A stretch of 64,000 nucleotides of DNA from a bacterium (GTDB lineage: Bacteria; UBA8248; JACPRG01; G963555815), in contig CBDHDG010000005.1 in assembly GCA_965261595.1 (NCBI GenBank), positions 832,001 through 896,000 of the forward strand. The letters run 5' to 3'. Both the position numbers and the translations under genes were made by a program. Under the pieces are notes generated by a model, which was given only the letters and a program-made list of their open reading frames with translations, had not been told where the DNA came from and did no database searches. Shown piece by piece: positions 60,506-64,000 of this stretch (position 1 is its first letter; each line of letters begins with the position of its first letter).

Positions 60506-61834
60506 TCAGGGCTTCGTTCCGACGGCGCAGTGATGCGGCGCGGCATAGAGAAAGGTTCCGTCGGCCTCCGCCCGGGCGAGGGCGGCCCGCCACGAGATCG
60601 CTTCCTCCCGGTCGAGAGCGGGGAGGATCCGGTCATCCAGCACCCGGGCCCAGTACGGTCCGCTGAAGGCCGCCGACTGGGGGAGGCTTTTCACCTCCCG
60701 CAAGCCCGCATCGCGAAACCGCCGGTAGAGGCTCGCGTCGGCGCAACCCCGCTTCTCCACAGGTCCCCGCGGAGCCTGCACCTTCGCTCTCAAATCCCCT
60801 TCGAGCGGAACGTTCGCCCACCACGGCATGTCCACGGCCCGGACAATCACGCCGATCCTTCCCCCCGGTTTGGTTACGCGGATCAGCTCGCCGAGCATCC
60901 GGTCCGCGTCGAGCTCTTCCATGACCGTGAGCGAAAGCGTCACGTCGAAGCGGCCATCGGGAAACGCCAGGTCTTCCGCGCTGCCTTCGCGGAACTCGAT
61001 GACCTCGCCCAGTCCCTCCTTTCCGGCCAGGTCCGCCGCGTCGCGCAGGAGGTGGCGGCTCAGGTCCACGGCGACGATCCGGTTCGCCCCGCCGGTCCTT
61101 CGGGCCAGCCAGCGGTCCATCACGCCGGTTCCGCACCCCACGTCCAGAACCGTTTCCCCTTCACGCAGACGAATCTCCTCCAGGAGGTTTCGGACCATCC
61201 CCAGGTACCCGGCCGAGCGGCCGCGCGTCTCCAGGAGCGCGGTGAAGCCCAGGGCGGCGCCGCCCAGCGTGATGGTGCAGAATCGCTCGCTCAGGCGGGA
61301 GATAACAGGCGCCCACTGAGAGGGGGCGAGCATCAGCGGAAGCAGGACCAGAGGGGGCCCGGCGCCGCGAACGCGGTAGGAGATGCCGGCAACTTCTCCA
61401 TCATCGTCCCCCGAGATCGTGGGCGTCCCTTTGTCTTCGGTCGAGGGGGTCCATCCCTTCAGGAACGCCTCCATCGCGGCGGCCGATTCCTCCCCCCGGT
61501 CGGTGAAGATGTCGGCCCAGGCGGGACTGAAATATCCGTTCAGCTTTTTCAGCGCGGCGCCCGGCAGACCCTCCACGGTGCGCAACAGGCCTTCCATCGG
61601 CGCGCCCTGATCGCCTGTAATTACCAGGAGTCTTGAAGAGAACGGGCGAATCGCCTCCGGGTCGATGCCCGGCGGGCAGATGAGGGTCAGGGAGGCGATG
61701 CGATCGGGATGCGCGCCCGCGAAGCCGCTCCAGTCCAGCGCCGAGCGGGCGGCGAAGTGGGCCCGGTCGATATCGAGACGCCGGAGGACTTGAAGGAGGC
61801 GTTCCTCGACGGGTGGCTCGGTTTCGGAGGTCAT
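60506..61834 (-). CDS. Class I SAM methyltransferase with N-terminal permuted alpha/beta-hydrolase-like domain
   Basis: VLDVGCGTG, AEDLAFPDGRFD, RVTKPGG; N-terminal hydrolase-like segments. Confidence 0.85.
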   Translation of the reverse strand: MTSETEPPVEERLLQVLRRLDIDRAHFAARSALDWSGFAGAHPDRIASLTLICPPGIDPEAIRPFSSRLLVITGDQGAPMEGLLRTVEGLPGAALKKLNGYFSPAWADIFTDRGEESAAAMEAFLKGWTPSTEDKGTPTISGDDDGEVAGISYRVRGAGPPLVLLPLMLAPSQWAPVISRLSERFCTITLGGAALGFTALLETRGRSAGYLGMVRNLLEEIRLREGETVLDVGCGTGVMDRWLARRTGGANRIVAVDLSRHLLRDAADLAGKEGLGEVIEFREGSAEDLAFPDGRFDVTLSLTVMEELDADRMLGELIRVTKPGGRIGVIVRAVDMPWWANVPLEGDLRAKVQAPRGPVEKRGCADASLYRRFRDAGLREVKSLPQSAAFSGPYWARVLDDRILPALDREEAISWRAALARAEADGTFLYAAPHHCAVGTKP

Positions 61835-61876
61835 GATCGGGTCACTCCAACTTCGTGCGGTGTTTTGTCAGTGGCG

Positions 61877-62731
61877 TTACATTTCAGACCGAAATTGTCG
61901 CTCAAGGCCGGGCAAGATGTCCGGCCTACCCGTCGGTGGAAGCAAGGGTTTCCTAAATAAGGCAGGGCGGGCATCCTGCCCGCCTTCAACCTCTCTCTGG
62001 GACATCCCCACGCGTCCCAGGACGGGGAGTTTCAGGGCCGGCGGGTTGAAATCCACGCCGAAGGTCAGGCCGATCAGGTTGACCTCTATCCCTTCCTCGA
62101 TTCCGATGGTCAGGCCGAGCAGACCCTTCAGCGACAACTGAAAGCCGGTTCCGCTGGGGGAGATCGCCGCGAGCCCGCCGTTCAGCAGGAAGTCCTTCCC
62201 GATGGCGGTGGGCGGCAGCTCGGCCTTGAGCTCGGACACCCGGCGGATGACGTAGGCCGTGAACGTGTTGCTGTTGGGGCCGGGCCAGACTTGATAGTTG
62301 TGGGGATATCCATTCGCGGCTTCCCGGATTTTGGGGATCGCCGCTTCGGCCGAGTCCCCGCGCAGGGCGTAGACGATCTCCGGCGCGGCGCTGTGCCAGC
62401 GCCGGTCGGGGCGCAACACCCGGGAGACCCTCAACGGATGCGCTTCGGGGTAGGGCCACCAGCCCAAAACTTGGAGGACGGTGTATCGCTTGGCGTTTCG
62501 GGGCTTGAGCGCGATCCAGGTGTGGACCGCGAAGATCCCCCGCCAGCCGTAGGCCCGTGCGGCGTAGATCTGAACGAGCGCCTCGGCGGTCTTTCGGGGG
62601 TCCGGGGCGATGCCAATGCTGTCGTTGCACATGAAACATCGATTCTTCCCAAGCCGCACCTGACCGCAGGCCGAGAGACCCAGGATTCCGATCAGCCACA
62701 GGACCGCAACGAACCGATTCGAAGGCCGCAT
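61877..62731 (-). CDS. DUF3750 family lipoprotein
   Basis: Lipobox LSAC; GIAPDP, VQIYAARAYGWRGIFAVHTW, WPGPNSNTF, LPPTAIGKD. Confidence 0.85.
   Translation of the reverse strand: MRPSNRFVAVLWLIGILGLSACGQVRLGKNRCFMCNDSIGIAPDPRKTAEALVQIYAARAYGWRGIFAVHTWIALKPRNAKRYTVLQVLGWWPYPEAHPLRVSRVLRPDRRWHSAAPEIVYALRGDSAEAAIPKIREAANGYPHNYQVWPGPNSNTFTAYVIRRVSELKAELPPTAIGKDFLLNGGLAAISPSGTGFQLSLKGLLGLTIGIEEGIEVNLIGLTFGVDFNPPALKLPVLGRVGMSQREVEGGQDARPALFRKPLLPPTGRPDILPGLERQFRSEM
61906..61984. repeat. Inverted REP-like doublet
   Basis: Minus GTAGGCCGGACATCTTGCCCGGCC (61929-61906); plus GCAGGGCGGGCATCCTGCCCGCC (61962-61984). Confidence 0.7.
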
Positions 62732-62901
62732 CCACTCCTTTCCCCTTCCCTCCCGCTTGAGAATCTTCCTCTTTTACCGTACCCGGAATCCTTGAAATTT
62801 CAAGGGGCATCGAGAACCTTTGGTGGCTGCATGGTCCCAATCACGGGCTTCCCTTTGGATGGTCCCTATGTATGCTAACCTCTCGGGGTTCAATCTTCAT
62901 T

Positions 62902-62979
62902 CGCGAGAGCCAACGGAAAGGATGTCGCGCGAGAGCCAACGGAAAGGATGTCGCGCGAGAGCCAACGGAAAGGATGTCG
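62902..62979 (+). repeat. Perfect tandem repeat, 3 x 26 bp (CGCGAGAGCCAACGGAAAGGATGTCG)
   Basis: Copies start at 62902, 62928 and 62954. Confidence 0.97.
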
Positions 62980-62981
62980 GG

Positions 62982-63746
62982 ATGCGTTTGGCTGACCAGG
63001 TTGCCGTGATCACCGGGGCGGGCCGCGGGCTGGGAGAACAGGTGGCCCGGGCGTTTTGCCGGGAGGGAGCGAAGGTCGTCCTGGCCTCCGAAGCGGCCTC
63101 GGAGGTGGAAGCCGTCGCCGAGGACCTCCGGGCGCTGGGGGCGTCCGCGCTTGCGGTCTTCGCCGACGTGAGAGAAGAGGAGAGCGTCCGGTCCCTCTTC
63201 GAGCGGACCCGTGAGCATTTCGGCGAGGTGGATGTCCTGCTCAACTGCGCGGGCGTGCTGTTCTTGAAAGCTGTCGTCGAAACGGAGGCGGAGGAGTGGG
63301 ACAACCTTATCCGCATCAACCTGCGCGGAACATTCCTGTGTTCCCGGGAGGCGCTCAAGGGGATGGTCCCCCGCAAGCGCGGTCTCATCCTGAATGTGAC
63401 CTCCGGATTCGGCTACAAGGGGGGCGCCCTGGTGAGTGCCTACAGCGCCTCGAAGTTCGCGGTGGAGGGGTTCTCCCAGTCCCTGGCGGCCGAGGTCAAG
63501 GAACATGGAATCCGGGTCAACACCCTCCACCCCGGCGGGGTCGCCCGCACGGCGATGGGCCGCGCCTCGACGGCGAGGCTCTCCGCGCATCAGGCGGATC
63601 CACCTGAGGATCAGTGGCAGCCGGTGGACGCCCTCGTCGAGCCGGCCGTCTTCCTCGCCTCCGCCGAGGGGGAGGGGGCGGACGTGACCGGCCGGAGCGT
63701 CAACGCCCGGGAATGGAACGCGGAAAGACGCGGCCGCTCGGGCTGA
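62982..63746 (+). CDS. SDR family oxidoreductase
   Basis: TGAGRGLG, NCAG, YSASK. Confidence 0.92.
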   Translation: MRLADQVAVITGAGRGLGEQVARAFCREGAKVVLASEAASEVEAVAEDLRALGASALAVFADVREEESVRSLFERTREHFGEVDVLLNCAGVLFLKAVVETEAEEWDNLIRINLRGTFLCSREALKGMVPRKRGLILNVTSGFGYKGGALVSAYSASKFAVEGFSQSLAAEVKEHGIRVNTLHPGGVARTAMGRASTARLSAHQADPPEDQWQPVDALVEPAVFLASAEGEGADVTGRSVNAREWNAERRGRSG

Positions 63747-63777
63747 GCGGGACGTTCAGGCGGAGGAGGCTCCAGTC

Positions 63778-64000
63778 ATGGTCAGACTTGTCGATCTGAG
63801 TCATCCTTGGGGGGCGGACACGCCGACTTTCCCGGGTCAGGACCCGCCGGTGATCCGCCCGGTCAACGTCATCGGGGTTTCCGGAAACCAAACCTTTATG
63901 CAGCGGTACGACACGACCATGCACGTCGGGACGCATTTCGACGCGCAGAACCACGCCATCGAAGGCGGTGCGGACCTCGCTTCGGTCCCGCTGGACACCC
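63778..64000 (+). CDS. Cyclase family (kynurenine formamidase-like) metal hydrolase, 3'-truncated
   Basis: MVRLVDLSHPW..HVGTHFDAQNH (HxGTHxDxxxH); GGAGGAGG RBS; not in the ORF track. Confidence 0.88.
   Translation, partial: MVRLVDLSHPWGADTPTFPGQDPPVIRPVNVIGVSGNQTFMQRYDTTMHVGTHFDAQNHAIEGGADLASVPLDT

Noticed and set aside
62902..62979. Possible CRISPR array
   Set aside because: Repeats are directly adjacent with no spacers; no cas genes

Overview
GC-rich bacterial chromosome segment made up mostly of catabolic operons for amides, N-heterocycles and acyl-CoA or aromatic compounds: nitrilases, hydantoinases, M20 peptidases, isochorismatases, SDRs, an Xdh-family Mo subunit, a partial arginine succinyltransferase cluster, a PaaK/HpaB/beta-oxidation cluster, a BMP ABC importer, UbiD and a Rieske/LLM/TPP cluster. 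Housekeeping genes are hemE-hemH, an LplA-like ligase and a YfhL ferredoxin. I recognised no rRNA, tRNA, CRISPR array, transposase or phage genes. About 9-10 reading-frame breaks sit in homopolymer or dinucleotide runs and are probably long-read errors. The strongest hidden feature is an OsmC-like protein split by an in-frame TGA at the catalytic Cys position and followed by a SECIS-like hairpin, i.e. a probable selenoprotein (16804-17268). Other highlights: a circularly permuted, degenerate alpha/beta-hydrolase fused to a methyltransferase; an M20 enzyme that appears to have lost one metal site; an in-frame aminotransferase-AstA fusion; a 30-aa bS22/mS38-like protein missed by the ORF track; an M24 peptidase collapsed at a probable 11-bp microhomology; GTAG-type REP doublets; and a triplicated 26-bp RBS repeat. 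All family calls come from motif recognition by eye, without database searches.
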